Source: Candidatus Limnocylindria bacterium
Lineage (GTDB): Bacteria > Chloroflexota > Limnocylindria > P2-11E
Assembly (NCBI GenBank): GCA_038207785.1
Contig: JBBQZK010000002.1
Location: forward strand, 17,946 to 81,945
Direction of reading: 5' to 3'
Length of the DNA: 64,000 nucleotides
Shown here: piece after piece, positions 18,522 through 28,440 of the stretch
Position numbering within the stretch: the first letter of the stretch is position 1
Layout of the letters: every line of letters starts with the position of its first letter
The notes under the pieces: generated by a model
Database searches by the model: none
What the model was told of the DNA's origin: nothing
The model's input: the letters and a program-made list of their open reading frames with translations, nothing else
Position numbers and translations under genes: made by a program

Positions 18522-19440
18522 CTGACCAGCCCCTCCCGCAAGGAGCGCGGGGCCCAGCCGAGCTCCCTGCGGGCCTTCGCGTCGGTCGCCCAGAACGTCA
18601 CGTTGTCCGCGCTTTTCACGACCTCGGCGACGTCCGGCCGCACGCGGGCCGCGAATCGCAGCACCGCGGCAGGGACTTCGAACCGCGGCCCGGGGCTGCC
18701 GGCGAGCGCGGCCATGATGCGCACCGCGTCGCGGAGCCGCGCCATCTCGCCGCCGAGGACGTACGCCTCGCCGGCGCGGCCGCGGTCGAGCAAGGCCACG
18801 ATCCCTGTCGCGACGTCATCGACGTGCACGAAGGAGAGACCAAGGTCGCCGAGCGTGAGCACGGGCAGCTTCCCGGCCGCGGCGCGCCGGAACAGCGCGC
18901 CGATGCCGGAGTGGTCACCGGGTCCGTAGATCTGCCCGGGCTGCGCGATGGTGACCGGTAGTCCCCTGGCGGCGAATCCAAGGGCCACGCGGTGCGCGAG
19001 CGTCTTGGTCTCGTCGTAGTACGACGTGAACACCGGCGCGCGTTCGTACGCCTCGTCGACGACCGTCCCATTCGTATTGCCGAAGACGACGACGGACGAC
19101 ACGTGCACGACCTTCCCCACCCCGACCGCCGCGGCCGCCGACAGCACCGCCTTCGTCCCGTCGACGTTAGCCGTGTACATGTCGACGCGTCGCGGCGCGC
19201 TGATGCCGACCTCATAGATAGCCCCGGCATGAACGACCGCGTCGCAGCCGTCACAGCCGCGTTCGAGCGCGTCGGGATCCGCGAGATCGCCGACGACGAC
19301 GTCTCGTCCGGTCTTGCGCAGCAGCTCCGCCTTTGCCGGATCGCGGACCAGCTGGACGACGGTGTCGCCCCGCGCGCGCAGCTGCTCCGCGATCACGCTG
19401 CCGAGAAAACCGGTCGTACCGGTCGCGAAGATCCTCAGCT
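18473..19440 (-). CDS. NAD-dependent epimerase/dehydratase (extended SDR); start upstream of first canonical start codon
   Basis: ORF track start MIAEQL (GTG), but the Rossmann motif RIFATGTTGFLGS is encoded in-frame immediately upstream with no ATG/GTG/TTG. CTG AGG ATC TTC GCG ACC GGT would give MRIFATG. C-terminal catalytic YxxxK region present. 5' coordinate approximate. Confidence 0.65.
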
Positions 19441-19905
19441 CACGTCCGCCACGGTCCCCCGGGAAACGCGTACGAGGTCGCCCGGCGCGATCGGGAAGAC
19501 GGCGTCGGGCAGGCCCGCGGCGGCCCAGACGGTATCGAAGCCGGTCAGCCCGTCGTCGACGATCACCCGCAGGTCGGAGACGTGCCCGAACGGCGGGACG
19601 CCGCCGATCGCGAAGCCCGTCGCTGCCTTAGCTTCATCGGCGGTCGCGCGGCGCACCGCGTTCGCTCCGACCGCCGACTTGAGCTTGGATTCGTCTACAC
19701 GATCCGCGCCCGAGCACAGCACCACGATCGGCGTGCCGTCCGCGACGAACACGAGGCACTTCACGATCTCCGCGACCGTGCAGCCGATCTGCTGTGCCGC
19801 ATCGGCCGCGGTGGCCGTCTTGCCGGTGAACCGCGTGACAGCGATCTCGACGCCGTGCGCGGCCGCCTGCGCGCTGACGCGCGCGACATTCGCGTGCTCG
19901 GTTAT
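19435..19905 (-). CDS. YbaK/ProX-type aminoacyl-tRNA deacylase domain protein; start unresolved
   Basis: The 109-aa ORF from GTG has ...KCLVFVADGTPIVVLCSGADRVDESKLKSAVG...GFAIGGVPPFGH.... In-frame upstream sequence (VARVSAQAAAHGVEIAVTRFTGKTATAADAAQQIGCTVAEI) continues the YbaK N-terminal homology up to the stop of the upstream gene, with no canonical start. Confidence 0.5.
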   Translation of the reverse strand: MTEHANVARVSAQAAAHGVEIAVTRFTGKTATAADAAQQIGCTVAEIVKCLVFVADGTPIVVLCSGADRVDESKLKSAVGANAVRRATADEAKAATGFAIGGVPPFGHVSDLRVIVDDGLTGFDTVWAAAGLPDAVFPIAPGDLVRVSRGTVADVS

Positions 19906-22178
19906 CGGACGAACTTCGAGAGGGCGCGCACGATCCGGGTCGGCAGGAGCGTGACCAAGATCCGTGCGACCTTCCGCCAGGCCGCGGCTGCGGCGGCGCG
20001 CTCGGCATCGGTCGCGCCCTGTGGCGAGTAGCGGTCCTGCACCCGGGCATTCGCGATGGTCCGCAGCGACTCGTGCACGTCGGGGATCTCCCGGCCCATC
20101 GCGTCGGCGTATTCATACGGGGTCTGCGACGGCCGCGCCGCGTGACCCGCGTACGCGCCGAGGAGCCTCGTCTTGCCCCACGCCGTGTCAATCGTGCCGA
20201 GCCCACGGAACCGCATCTCGAAGCGCACGAGTCCGATGAAGAGCGCGATGAGCAGCGCCGACAAGACCGCCAGACCGGGCCGCGGATCGATCGTCCGCAC
20301 GAGAGCCCCGCCGACGCCGCTCGGCGGGGCGTCGTCGACGCCGCCGACGCCTGGGTCGGGCTCGTTGTCCCGCCCGGCCAGGCCGGAGCTGTTCTCGCGG
20401 CCGTTCGGATTCTTCGGCGTGCCGTCCGGATTGGTGCCGACGGCGGCCGGCGCCTCCGCCCGGTCGAATGGCAGCTCGGACGGCGTCGGCTCGAACTCGA
20501 TCCACCCATACCCCGGGAAGTAGGCCTCCACCCAGGCGTGCGCGTTGAGCTCGCGAACGGCGTAGCGGCCGCTCGGGTCGATCTCTCCGGCGGTGAACCC
20601 TTCGACGACCCGTGACGGCACCCCGACCTCGCGCAGCAGCACGGCCATCGACGACGCGAAGTACTCGCAGAAGTCCGCCTTGAGCTCGAACAGGAAGTAG
20701 TCGACCGGGTCGCGGCCCGGCGGCGCCGACTTCACGACCGTCGAGTACTTGTAGTTGTTCCGCAGGTACGTCTCGATCGCCTCCGCTTTGTCGTACGGCG
20801 TGGCGGCCGACCTGGCCGCGACGATCGTCTGCGCGAGCTGGGCCACCCGCGCCGGCACGCCGGACGGCAGCTGCAGATACTTCGATCGGATCGTCGCCGG
20901 GTAATTCGTCGTGGCCTTCCGCAGCTGGTCCTTGTTCGCGACCGAGACGAGCGACGTCGTGGTGTACGTGCCCGCGGCTTCGTTGCGATTCACCGCGCGG
21001 ACCGATGTCGAATAGCCGCGGTCATCACCCGTCTGGAACTGGAACGCGACGTTGACCTTGCTCGGCTCGTTTGCGCCGAACAGGAGGTTCGCGTGCGGCA
21101 CGACGATGTCAAAGGTGGCGTCAATCTTCTCCCGCTGGAGCGTGGGCGGCGTCACCTTGTCGACGCGATCGGTCTCGGTGGTCCGCCAGCCGGCACCGGT
21201 GTAGAAGTCGTACGTCACCGCGCGCCAGAAGTGCGCGGCCGGCGCGTCGACGTGGAACACGATGCGGTCGCCCAGATTCGGGGCCTGGCCGAGACGGATG
21301 GCGTCGGAGAACGACACGCCCTGCAGCCGGCTCGGCCCCGATACGCCGGCGAAGAACCGCTGCCACTCGGCCTGTACCCGCTGGTACGGAGCTTCGAAGG
21401 TGTTGAACGCGTTCGATACGAGCTCCGCGGCGCCGACCCGAGGCGTGAAGAACGCCATCAGGATGAGCACCAGGGTCCAGGTCAGGCCGCCGCGCAGGAG
21501 CCGCCAGTCCATCTCGCCGGCCGGCACGATGTTCTGCCGCTCCCACCGCTCGGTCAGATTGACGATGTGCAGCCGGGTCAGCAGGACGAGCGCGAGAAGC
21601 GTGAACAGGATGAGGTCGAAGTACAGGGAGGTGAGCGCGAGCGACACGTTGATCGTGAGACAGATGCCGCTGAACACGACCGCGTCCCACGGCCGGTGCT
21701 CGCGAGCCAACGCGAACGCGCCCACGTACGCGCTGGCCCAGCAGGTGGCCCCGATAAGCAGGACGAACACCGATGGATCGTTCGCCGATTCTCCGGCGAT
21801 GATCTGCGTCGACCAGTTGTTCACGTGCGTCGCCAGCTCCACGGCCTTCGCGTGCAGCGTGGCTCCGGGCGACGCGACGATCGTGAAGCCCGCGACCGCG
21901 AGCGCGCCGACCACGGAGGCGAGCAGCGTCGAGCGCCTGGTCCGCATCCGGCCGTTCCCGACCACCGTTCCGAGGATGGCGCCGGCCACGACGATGTAGG
22001 TGAGCTGCGCGTTGAGATCGACCCAGCCGGCCTGCGCGATGGACGCCGGGTAGATGAGGGTCATGACGAGGTAGATCGGAAGGGCCGTCCAGCCACCCCG
22101 GAACCGCAGCTTCCGCCCGTCGATCGGCGGGAACAGTGACCGCTTCACGGAGCGGAACAGCAGGTCAGGCGATCGCAT
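19902..22178 (-). CDS. transglutaminase-like domain membrane protein (TgpA-like, DUF3488 + transglutaminase core)
   Basis: 758 aa with N-terminal multi-TM helices and a Cys-His-Asp transglutaminase core (DFCEYFASSMAVLLREVGVPSRVVEGF...HAWVEAYFPGYGWIEFEPT). Its 3' end overlaps the DUF58 start by 14 nt. Confidence 0.8.
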   Translation of the reverse strand: MRSPDLLFRSVKRSLFPPIDGRKLRFRGGWTALPIYLVMTLIYPASIAQAGWVDLNAQLTYIVVAGAILGTVVGNGRMRTRRSTLLASVVGALAVAGFTIVASPGATLHAKAVELATHVNNWSTQIIAGESANDPSVFVLLIGATCWASAYVGAFALAREHRPWDAVVFSGICLTINVSLALTSLYFDLILFTLLALVLLTRLHIVNLTERWERQNIVPAGEMDWRLLRGGLTWTLVLILMAFFTPRVGAAELVSNAFNTFEAPYQRVQAEWQRFFAGVSGPSRLQGVSFSDAIRLGQAPNLGDRIVFHVDAPAAHFWRAVTYDFYTGAGWRTTETDRVDKVTPPTLQREKIDATFDIVVPHANLLFGANEPSKVNVAFQFQTGDDRGYSTSVRAVNRNEAAGTYTTTSLVSVANKDQLRKATTNYPATIRSKYLQLPSGVPARVAQLAQTIVAARSAATPYDKAEAIETYLRNNYKYSTVVKSAPPGRDPVDYFLFELKADFCEYFASSMAVLLREVGVPSRVVEGFTAGEIDPSGRYAVRELNAHAWVEAYFPGYGWIEFEPTPSELPFDRAEAPAAVGTNPDGTPKNPNGRENSSGLAGRDNEPDPGVGGVDDAPPSGVGGALVRTIDPRPGLAVLSALLIALFIGLVRFEMRFRGLGTIDTAWGKTRLLGAYAGHAARPSQTPYEYADAMGREIPDVHESLRTIANARVQDRYSPQGATDAERAAAAAAWRKVARILVTLLPTRIVRALSKFVR

Positions 22179-23373
22179 TCATCGTCTCATGGAAGAGATC
22201 CTCGATCTGCATGGTGCGCTGGAGGTGCGCCGTGCGGACGCCGGCGACCGCGAGCTCGCCCAGCAGCGCGTGCCGGCGGGCGCGGTCACGCTCGTCGGTG
22301 TCCTCGGATCCGACGAGCACGGCCTGGGTGGAGATGGCCGCCTCCCGGAGCGTGCTCGCCGGTCTGACCCACGCGCGGTCGAGCGACGGGGTGATGAGCA
22401 GGACCGATGCGCCGCGGCGGATGCGCGGCAGCGTCTCGACCATGACCTCCGCGAGCGTGCGCGATCCGCCCACCTGCACCTCAGCCAGGTACTGCATGAG
22501 CTTGCCGAATTGTTTCGTGCCGCGGTCCGGGTGGAGGATCTCGGCTCGGACGCCCGTGGTGACGAGCCCGACGTTCCGGTGCTCGCGCAGCGCCTTCGAC
22601 ACGACGGATGCGGCCACCGTCACCGCGCGCTCTTCCGTCGACGTCTCGCCCTCACCGCGGTGCCAGTGGCGTTCGAGGTCAAGGTAGATCCAGAGGTCGG
22701 CGGTCTTGTCGAGCTCGAATTCCTTCACGAACAGGCCGCGGTGCCGCACCGATGACGGCCAGTGGATCCGATTCACCGCGTCGCCCGGGCGGTAGTCCCG
22801 AATGCCCATCACCATCGACGTCGACTGCAGCGAGCGCTGCCCGGTGAGCACGTTGCCTTCGAGGAACGAGCCGGGGAGCTGCCAGAACGGCAACGGCAGC
22901 ACCTTCGGGTACACGAGGATGAGCGCATCCAGTGGGATCCGCGCCACCGTGGCGAACAACCCGAATGGGTCGCCGGAGCGCAGCACGATCGGGCCGAGGT
23001 GGAAGCGCCCGCGGCGGAGCGCAGGGACGCTGACCTTCCAGCGCCGGACTGAGCCCTTGCCGGCGATGGACAGGACGCGACCGGTGAGCGGCTCGGGCCA
23101 GTTGGAGGTCTCGCTGACCTCGACCCAGAGCTTCCCGAAGCGATGGTCATTCCGCAGCTCGTAGTTGAGGTCGATCTTGTCTCCGAGATGGGCGTAGGCC
23201 TGGCCGACGGTGCGCTTGACCGAGAGACCTTCGAGCGTGAGCCGCGCGGTGACCCACATCGCGGCACCGACGAAGAGGAGGAGGTACGCGAGGTAGCTGA
23301 GGAGCTCGACGCCGCTCGAGATCGCGGCGATGAACAGCCCGACCCAGAGGACCGCGAAGTGCCAGGGGCGCAT
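22165..23373 (-). CDS. DUF58 domain protein (MoxR-associated, VWA-like)
   Basis: 402 aa with two N-terminal TM helices and a DUF58 core (GIRDYRPGDAVNRIHWPSSVRHRGLFVKEFE). Lies between the MoxR and transglutaminase genes. Confidence 0.8.
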   Translation of the reverse strand: MRPWHFAVLWVGLFIAAISSGVELLSYLAYLLLFVGAAMWVTARLTLEGLSVKRTVGQAYAHLGDKIDLNYELRNDHRFGKLWVEVSETSNWPEPLTGRVLSIAGKGSVRRWKVSVPALRRGRFHLGPIVLRSGDPFGLFATVARIPLDALILVYPKVLPLPFWQLPGSFLEGNVLTGQRSLQSTSMVMGIRDYRPGDAVNRIHWPSSVRHRGLFVKEFELDKTADLWIYLDLERHWHRGEGETSTEERAVTVAASVVSKALREHRNVGLVTTGVRAEILHPDRGTKQFGKLMQYLAEVQVGGSRTLAEVMVETLPRIRRGASVLLITPSLDRAWVRPASTLREAAISTQAVLVGSEDTDERDRARRHALLGELAVAGVRTAHLQRTMQIEDLFHETMNAIA

Positions 23374-23376
23374 GCC

Positions 23377-24342
23377 CTAGGTCCGCAGCGCCGTCGGGGA
23401 ACCGACCTCCACCGGCACGCTCGCGAGGACCTCTGCGATGACCGTGGTCTGCGCGAGGTCTTTCAACCGAGCCTGGGGCTGGAGGATCACGCGGTGCGCC
23501 AGCGTCGGACCGGCGAGGGCCTTCACATCGTCGGGCACGACGTAGTCCCGGCCGCGCACGGCCGCGTACGCCTGCGCGGCGCGCGCCAGGGCAAGCGAGC
23601 CGCGGGGCGATGCGCCGAGGTACACGTCAGGGTGGGACCGCGTCGCGCCGACGACGGCGACGACGTACTGCTTCACCCCATCGGCCAGATGCACGTCGCG
23701 GACGCCGGCCTGCGCGCCCAGGAGCTCGTCCGCGCTCATCACCTGACCGAGGCTGTCGAGTGGGTGCTGCACCCGCTGCGCGTCGAGGATGTCGACCTCT
23801 TCCTTTGGCTTGGGGTACCCGAGCTGCAGGCGGATGAAGAACCGGTCGAGCTGCGCCTCCGGCAGGGGAAAGGTGCCTTCGTACTCGATCGGGTTCTGCG
23901 TGGCCATGACGAGGAACGGATCCGGCAGCCGGTAGGTCGTCCCATCGACAGTGACCTGACGTTCCTCCATCGCCTCGAGGAGGGCCGATTGGGTCTTGGG
24001 GGTCGCGCGGTTGATCTCATCGGCGAGCACGATCTGGCTCATGACCGGCCCCGCCCGGAACTCGAAGGTGTTGTTCTGCTGATTGAAGATGGATACGCCG
24101 GTCACGTCCGATGGCAGCAGGTCCGGCGTGAACTGGATGCGGCGGAAGCTGCATCCGAGGGACCGCGCGAACGCCTTCGCGAGGACCGTCTTGCCCGTTC
24201 CGGGCACATCCTCGACGAGGATGTGCCCGCGGCAGAGCAGCGCGACGAAGGCCAGCTCGACCTCGTGGTGCTTGCCGAAGATGACCCGCTCGACGTTCTC
24301 GACGACTAGGGCGACCTGCCGGGCGAGCCCAGTGCTGTCCAA
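23377..24342 (-). CDS. MoxR-family AAA+ ATPase
   Basis: [14 protein letters not shown] (Walker A), [23 protein letters not shown] (Walker B / sensor). I propose a TTG start at LDSTGLARQ... with an AGGGGGA RBS 7 nt upstream. The upstream Arg-rich extension of the ORF is rejected. Confidence 0.85.
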   Translation of the reverse strand: MDSTGLARQVALVVENVERVIFGKHHEVELAFVALLCRGHILVEDVPGTGKTVLAKAFARSLGCSFRRIQFTPDLLPSDVTGVSIFNQQNNTFEFRAGPVMSQIVLADEINRATPKTQSALLEAMEERQVTVDGTTYRLPDPFLVMATQNPIEYEGTFPLPEAQLDRFFIRLQLGYPKPKEEVDILDAQRVQHPLDSLGQVMSADELLGAQAGVRDVHLADGVKQYVVAVVGATRSHPDVYLGASPRGSLALARAAQAYAAVRGRDYVVPDDVKALAGPTLAHRVILQPQARLKDLAQTTVIAEVLASVPVEVGSPTALRT

Positions 24343-24412
24343 AATGAATCCCCCTGAACCCCTAATCCCTATGTGCCATGGTACGTGCGGCCCCCGCGAG
24401 CGACGCGGTCGC

Positions 24413-24428
24413 GAACGGGTCATCCGGC
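24413..24428. terminator. GC-rich inverted repeat GGCGGGC-TC-GCCCGCC in the pbpA-moxR intergenic region
   Basis: Seen directly, about 75 nt downstream of the pbpA stop on the minus strand. No U-tract. Could be an I-shaped terminator or a regulatory hairpin. Confidence 0.3.
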
Positions 24429-24503
24429 GGGCTCGCCCGCCTATAGAACGGTCCAACGCGCCCGGCGGTTCAATCAGTACCGCCGCGAGGGCACGGCGGT
24501 TCC

Positions 24504-25943
24504 CTATTTGCCGAGCACGGCACGCATCACCGCGCCGCCCAAGGGCGCGGCATCGACCCCACCCTGCCCCGCGTTCTCGATGATCACGGCCACCGCGACC
24601 TGCGGGTCCTCGGCCGGCGCGAACCCCACGAACCAGCCGTGCGGGGTGCCGCTCGGGGTCTCGGCCGTGCCCGTCTTTCCCGCCACGTGGACGCCCGCGA
24701 TCTTCGCGCCGAAGGCGAAGGCACCCGGCGCCTCGACGGCTTGCACGAGGTACGTCGTCAGCTTGGCCGCGGTCGAGGCGCTGATGATCTGATCACCCGT
24801 CCCGCCGCCGATCGCGCGAAGGATGCCGCCCGCCGCGTCGCGGATCTCCGTCACGTAGTGCGGCTGGATCTGCACGCCGTGATCGGCGATGGTCGCCGCG
24901 ACGAGCGCCATCTGCAACGGCGAGGTGAGGAGCTCGCCCTGGCCGTAGCTCGTGTCGGCCAGCAGCGTCGGCCGCTCGATGGTGCCGCTGTTCGAGAGCT
25001 GGCCCTTCCCGGTGGCGAGGTCGAGGCTGGGTGCATGGCCGATCCCGAATTTCTTGGCCATATCGCTTTCCTTCTGCGCGCCGATCGAGAGGCCCAGCTT
25101 CGCGAAATAGATGTTCTCGCTCCGCTGGAACGCGAGCGACATGTCGTAGTCCCCGTGCGCCTGCGAGGACGAGCGCACGAAATAGTCGCCCCAGGACCGG
25201 TCCGCCTGGTACGGGTCGTCGACGCGGATCTTCTGGTTCGGATCGAAGCCGCCCTCGAGGGCGGCCGCGGCGGTGATGATCTTCATCGTCGAGCCGGGCG
25301 GATACAGCCCCTGCGCCGCGCGGTTGATGAGGGGCTTGTCCTTGTTGTCGCCGAGCTGACCCCACGCGACGTCCTGCTGCTGCGGGTCCACGAGCGCGTT
25401 CGCGTCGTAGCTCGGCAGGCTGACCGAGGCGAGGATGCGGCCGGTCTTCGGATCGAGGGCGACGATGGCGCCGCGGCGGCCGGCCAGCGCCGCGACGGCG
25501 GCCTGCTGGACCTTAGGGTCGATGCCGAGCACGATGGAGCCCGGCTCACTTCGCGCCCCGAGGTACCGCGCTTTCCACTGCCCGAGCAGATCGGACGGAT
25601 CCTGGCCGATGAGCGACTCCTGGTAGGCGCCTTCGACACCCGACGCCCCGTACTTGAAGGACGCGTAGCCGACGACCTGAGCCAGCGATCGGTCGCTGTA
25701 GGTGCGCCTGTAGGCGTCACCGTCCTTGACCGATTGGGCGAGGACCCGCCCGCTCGAATCGACGATCTTGCCGCGCGGGCGGTCGCGCACGGCCGCGATC
25801 AGGCGCGGATTGAACGGATCGGCATTGAGCTCAGTGGCCGCGACGAGCGTCCAGTAGCCGACCCCGATGGACGTGAGGAGGAACGCGATGGCGATCGTCA
25901 GCGTGAGCCGGCGGATGTTCCCCGGGATGGTGCGCTCCTTCAT
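24504..25943 (-). CDS. pbpA: penicillin-binding protein A-type transpeptidase (PbpA/FtsI family)
   Basis: Start MKERTIPGN... by arithmetic. N-terminal TM helix plus STMK active-site motif ([13 protein letters not shown]), SxN and KTGT (AGKTGTAE) motifs. Confidence 0.85.
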   Translation of the reverse strand: MKERTIPGNIRRLTLTIAIAFLLTSIGVGYWTLVAATELNADPFNPRLIAAVRDRPRGKIVDSSGRVLAQSVKDGDAYRRTYSDRSLAQVVGYASFKYGASGVEGAYQESLIGQDPSDLLGQWKARYLGARSEPGSIVLGIDPKVQQAAVAALAGRRGAIVALDPKTGRILASVSLPSYDANALVDPQQQDVAWGQLGDNKDKPLINRAAQGLYPPGSTMKIITAAAALEGGFDPNQKIRVDDPYQADRSWGDYFVRSSSQAHGDYDMSLAFQRSENIYFAKLGLSIGAQKESDMAKKFGIGHAPSLDLATGKGQLSNSGTIERPTLLADTSYGQGELLTSPLQMALVAATIADHGVQIQPHYVTEIRDAAGGILRAIGGGTGDQIISASTAAKLTTYLVQAVEAPGAFAFGAKIAGVHVAGKTGTAETPSGTPHGWFVGFAPAEDPQVAVAVIIENAGQGGVDAAPLGGAVMRAVLGK

Positions 25944-27235
25944 CGCCGGACCTTCGCCGTGATGTCGCTCACTCGCAGCAGCAGCGCGCACAACATGTAG
26001 TTCGTGATCAGCGACGAGCCGCCATACGCGACGAACGGCAGCGTGATCCCGGTCAGCGGAATGAGCTTCGCGTTGCCGGCGACGATGACGAGCGTCTGGA
26101 AGGCCACGATGAACGAGAGGCCGCCCGCGAGGAGCTGCAGGAAGATCGTCGGCGCGCGTAGCGCAATGAGCATGCCGCGGTAGACGAAGACGAGGTACAG
26201 GGCGAGCAGCCCGAGCGCACCGACGAACCCGACCTCCTCGGTGAACGCGTCGAACACGAAGTCGCTCCACACGACCGGGATGCGCTCGGGCATGCCGCTG
26301 CCGAGCCCCGCGCCAAGCACGCCGGCGTTTGCGAGCGAGAACAGCCCCTGGGTGAGCTGGTACCCCTGGTCGAAGCGCAGGTCGCTGTCGAACGGCGCCA
26401 GCCACACGTCAATGCGCGCGGCGACGTGCCCGAACGCGTGATACGCGACGAAGCCGCCGCCGACCAGGAGGAGGAGTCCGATGACGACGTACACCGGCTC
26501 CCCCGTGGCGAGGTACAGCATCGCGAGGAAGATCCCGAAGAACAGGAGCGTCGCGCCGAGGTCCTTCTCGAACACCATCACGAGCATGGCCACGAGCCAC
26601 ATCGCGACGATCGGCAGGAGGTACGGCACCGGCGGAACGGGGATCGGGCCGAAGCGGCGGGGCGGCTTCGAGAGGACCTCACGATATTCCTCGAGGTAGG
26701 CCGCGAAGAAGATCACGAGGGCGATCTTCACCAGCTCCCACGGCTCGAACTGTGCGACCCCGGCCACACCGACCCAGATGCGCGCGCCATTGATCTCGCG
26801 GCCGATGACCGGCAGGAGCGGGGAGACCAGCAACAGCATCCCGAGGAGGGCCCACGTGTACTTGAACCGCGCGAGCACCGATAGGTCGCGGGGGATGAGG
26901 ATCGTCATCGCGAACGCGCCGGCCGCGATCACCAGCCAGGTCAGCTGCTGGAGGAGCAGCGCGGGCGCGAGCCGCTCCACGAGCACGAACCCGATGCCGG
27001 TGAGGCCGACGGCCAGGGGCATGAGCAGCTGATCGCCGCGGAAGCCGATGCTAACGAGGAACACGTGCAGGGCGCCGAAGACCGCGAGCACGGCGAGCGG
27101 GACCGCGATCTCGTACCACGCGAAGCGACCGGAGGCGGCCGCGACGACGGCGACGTATCCGGTGAGCAGGAGGGCGGCGACCCACATGAGCATCCGCAGC
27201 TCGCCCAGGCGGGCGCCCGGACGCGCGCGGATCAC
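25940..27235 (-). CDS. rodA: SEDS-family peptidoglycan glycosyltransferase (RodA/FtsW)
   Basis: Polytopic membrane protein with SEDS motifs (FEPWELVKIALVIFFAAYL, LPFVAYGGSSL). I propose a GTG start overlapping the fhaB TGA (GTGA). Its stop overlaps the pbpA ATG. Confidence 0.85.
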   Translation of the reverse strand: MIRARPGARLGELRMLMWVAALLLTGYVAVVAAASGRFAWYEIAVPLAVLAVFGALHVFLVSIGFRGDQLLMPLAVGLTGIGFVLVERLAPALLLQQLTWLVIAAGAFAMTILIPRDLSVLARFKYTWALLGMLLLVSPLLPVIGREINGARIWVGVAGVAQFEPWELVKIALVIFFAAYLEEYREVLSKPPRRFGPIPVPPVPYLLPIVAMWLVAMLVMVFEKDLGATLLFFGIFLAMLYLATGEPVYVVIGLLLLVGGGFVAYHAFGHVAARIDVWLAPFDSDLRFDQGYQLTQGLFSLANAGVLGAGLGSGMPERIPVVWSDFVFDAFTEEVGFVGALGLLALYLVFVYRGMLIALRAPTIFLQLLAGGLSFIVAFQTLVIVAGNAKLIPLTGITLPFVAYGGSSLITNYMLCALLLRVSDITAKVRR

Positions 27236-27678
27236 TGGGCGCGCTCCAGGCGGAGGGCGATCCGCCCCACCGAGACCTCGTCCCCGTAGTGGAAGCGCTC
27301 CTTGTCCCAGATCCGCGAGCCGTTCAGGACCGTTCCGTTGGTGCTGCCGGCGTCCTCCAGCCACCACTCACCGTCGGCGAAGCTCACGATCGCGTGTTTC
27401 GCGGAGGCGGCCTCGTCGTTCAGCACGATGTCATTCCCCGCGTCGCGCCCGACGCTCGACACCGCCCGTAGTGGGAGCCGCTCGCCCACGCGCGGTCCGC
27501 CGCCGTGGCTTCGCGTCACGACGAGTGCCGCGATCCCAAGCTGCCGGGCGCTGATCGCGGCCCGCTCGTCGGTGAGCGCACGGTGCAGGGAGCGGAACGC
27601 GCGGATGAGAAAGAGATAGAGAAGGATGAGGAACGCGATGCGCACGGCCCACAGCAGGACCGCGAAGGTGATCTCCAA
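27232..27678 (-). CDS. FHA-domain protein (FhaB/FipA-like)
   Basis: 148 aa with an N-terminal TM segment and C-terminal FHA motifs (VGRDAGNDIVLNDEAASAKHAIV...TNGTVLNG). Confidence 0.75.
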   Translation of the reverse strand: MEITFAVLLWAVRIAFLILLYLFLIRAFRSLHRALTDERAAISARQLGIAALVVTRSHGGGPRVGERLPLRAVSSVGRDAGNDIVLNDEAASAKHAIVSFADGEWWLEDAGSTNGTVLNGSRIWDKERFHYGDEVSVGRIALRLERAQ

Positions 27679-28440
27679 TCAGCCCTCGAGCCGGACGACC
27701 AGCTCCGCCCCGCCGATCGTGATCCGGTCGTCATCCGACAGCACCATCTCCGCGATCCGCCGTCCGTTGACGAACGTCCCGTTGGTGCTCTGCAGGTCGT
27801 AGAGGGTGTAGCGGCCGAGGCGCAGCCGCACCTCGGCGTGCCGCCGCGACACCCGCCGGTCGTCGAGGACGATGTCGTTCTTCGGATCGCGCCCGACCGA
27901 GATCGGCTCGGCGGTGAGAGGCACCTCGCGGCGGACGCTGCCCTCGCGCGCAACGATCGCGCCCTGCGGTGCGCGGGGTTTCGCGGCAAGGAGGGCCTCA
28001 CGGTCGAGGATCATCGTGTGGCCGGCTTCGATGCCGCCCAGCCGGTCCGGCTCGTTCGCCGGCACTTCATCACCGGACGCGTCGACGAGCGCGCACGCCA
28101 CGCGCAGATCGCCCGGAGAGACATCCGCATCTTCCTCGATCTCGACGGTCGGATACGCGAGCAGGGTGAAGCTTCGGTCGCGCGCCGCACCGAGGACGGC
28201 CTCCGCGAGGTCGCGCTCCAGGCTGCGCTTGTACTGGTCGAACTGCGCGTAGTCGGCGGGTGAGAGCGACACGACGTAGCTGTTGGGCACGAAGGTCTTC
28301 GCGAGGGAGATCGTCTGGTGCGCCTCCATCGTGCGGATCACGCGTTTGGCGATCATCACTGGTTGCAGCCTGGCGCGGAACAGGCGGGCGCTCCACCCTT
28401 CGATCACCCGGCTGGCCATCGCCTCGATCCGCTCAAGCAT
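27679..28440 (-). CDS. FHA-domain protein with DUF3662 N-terminal domain (FhaA-like)
   Basis: 253 aa. N-terminal MLERIEAMASRVIEGWSARLFR... (DUF3662 pattern). C-terminal FHA (VGRDPKNDIVLDDRRVSRRHAEV...STNGTFVNG). Confidence 0.75.
   Translation of the reverse strand: MLERIEAMASRVIEGWSARLFRARLQPVMIAKRVIRTMEAHQTISLAKTFVPNSYVVSLSPADYAQFDQYKRSLERDLAEAVLGAARDRSFTLLAYPTVEIEEDADVSPGDLRVACALVDASGDEVPANEPDRLGGIEAGHTMILDREALLAAKPRAPQGAIVAREGSVRREVPLTAEPISVGRDPKNDIVLDDRRVSRRHAEVRLRLGRYTLYDLQSTNGTFVNGRRIAEMVLSDDDRITIGGAELVVRLEG

Noticed and set aside
24343-24400. ccctgaacccctaatcccta pyrimidine-rich motif upstream of moxR
   Set aside because: No repeat structure or dyad. Most likely just the promoter and RBS region (AGGGGGA on the coding strand).
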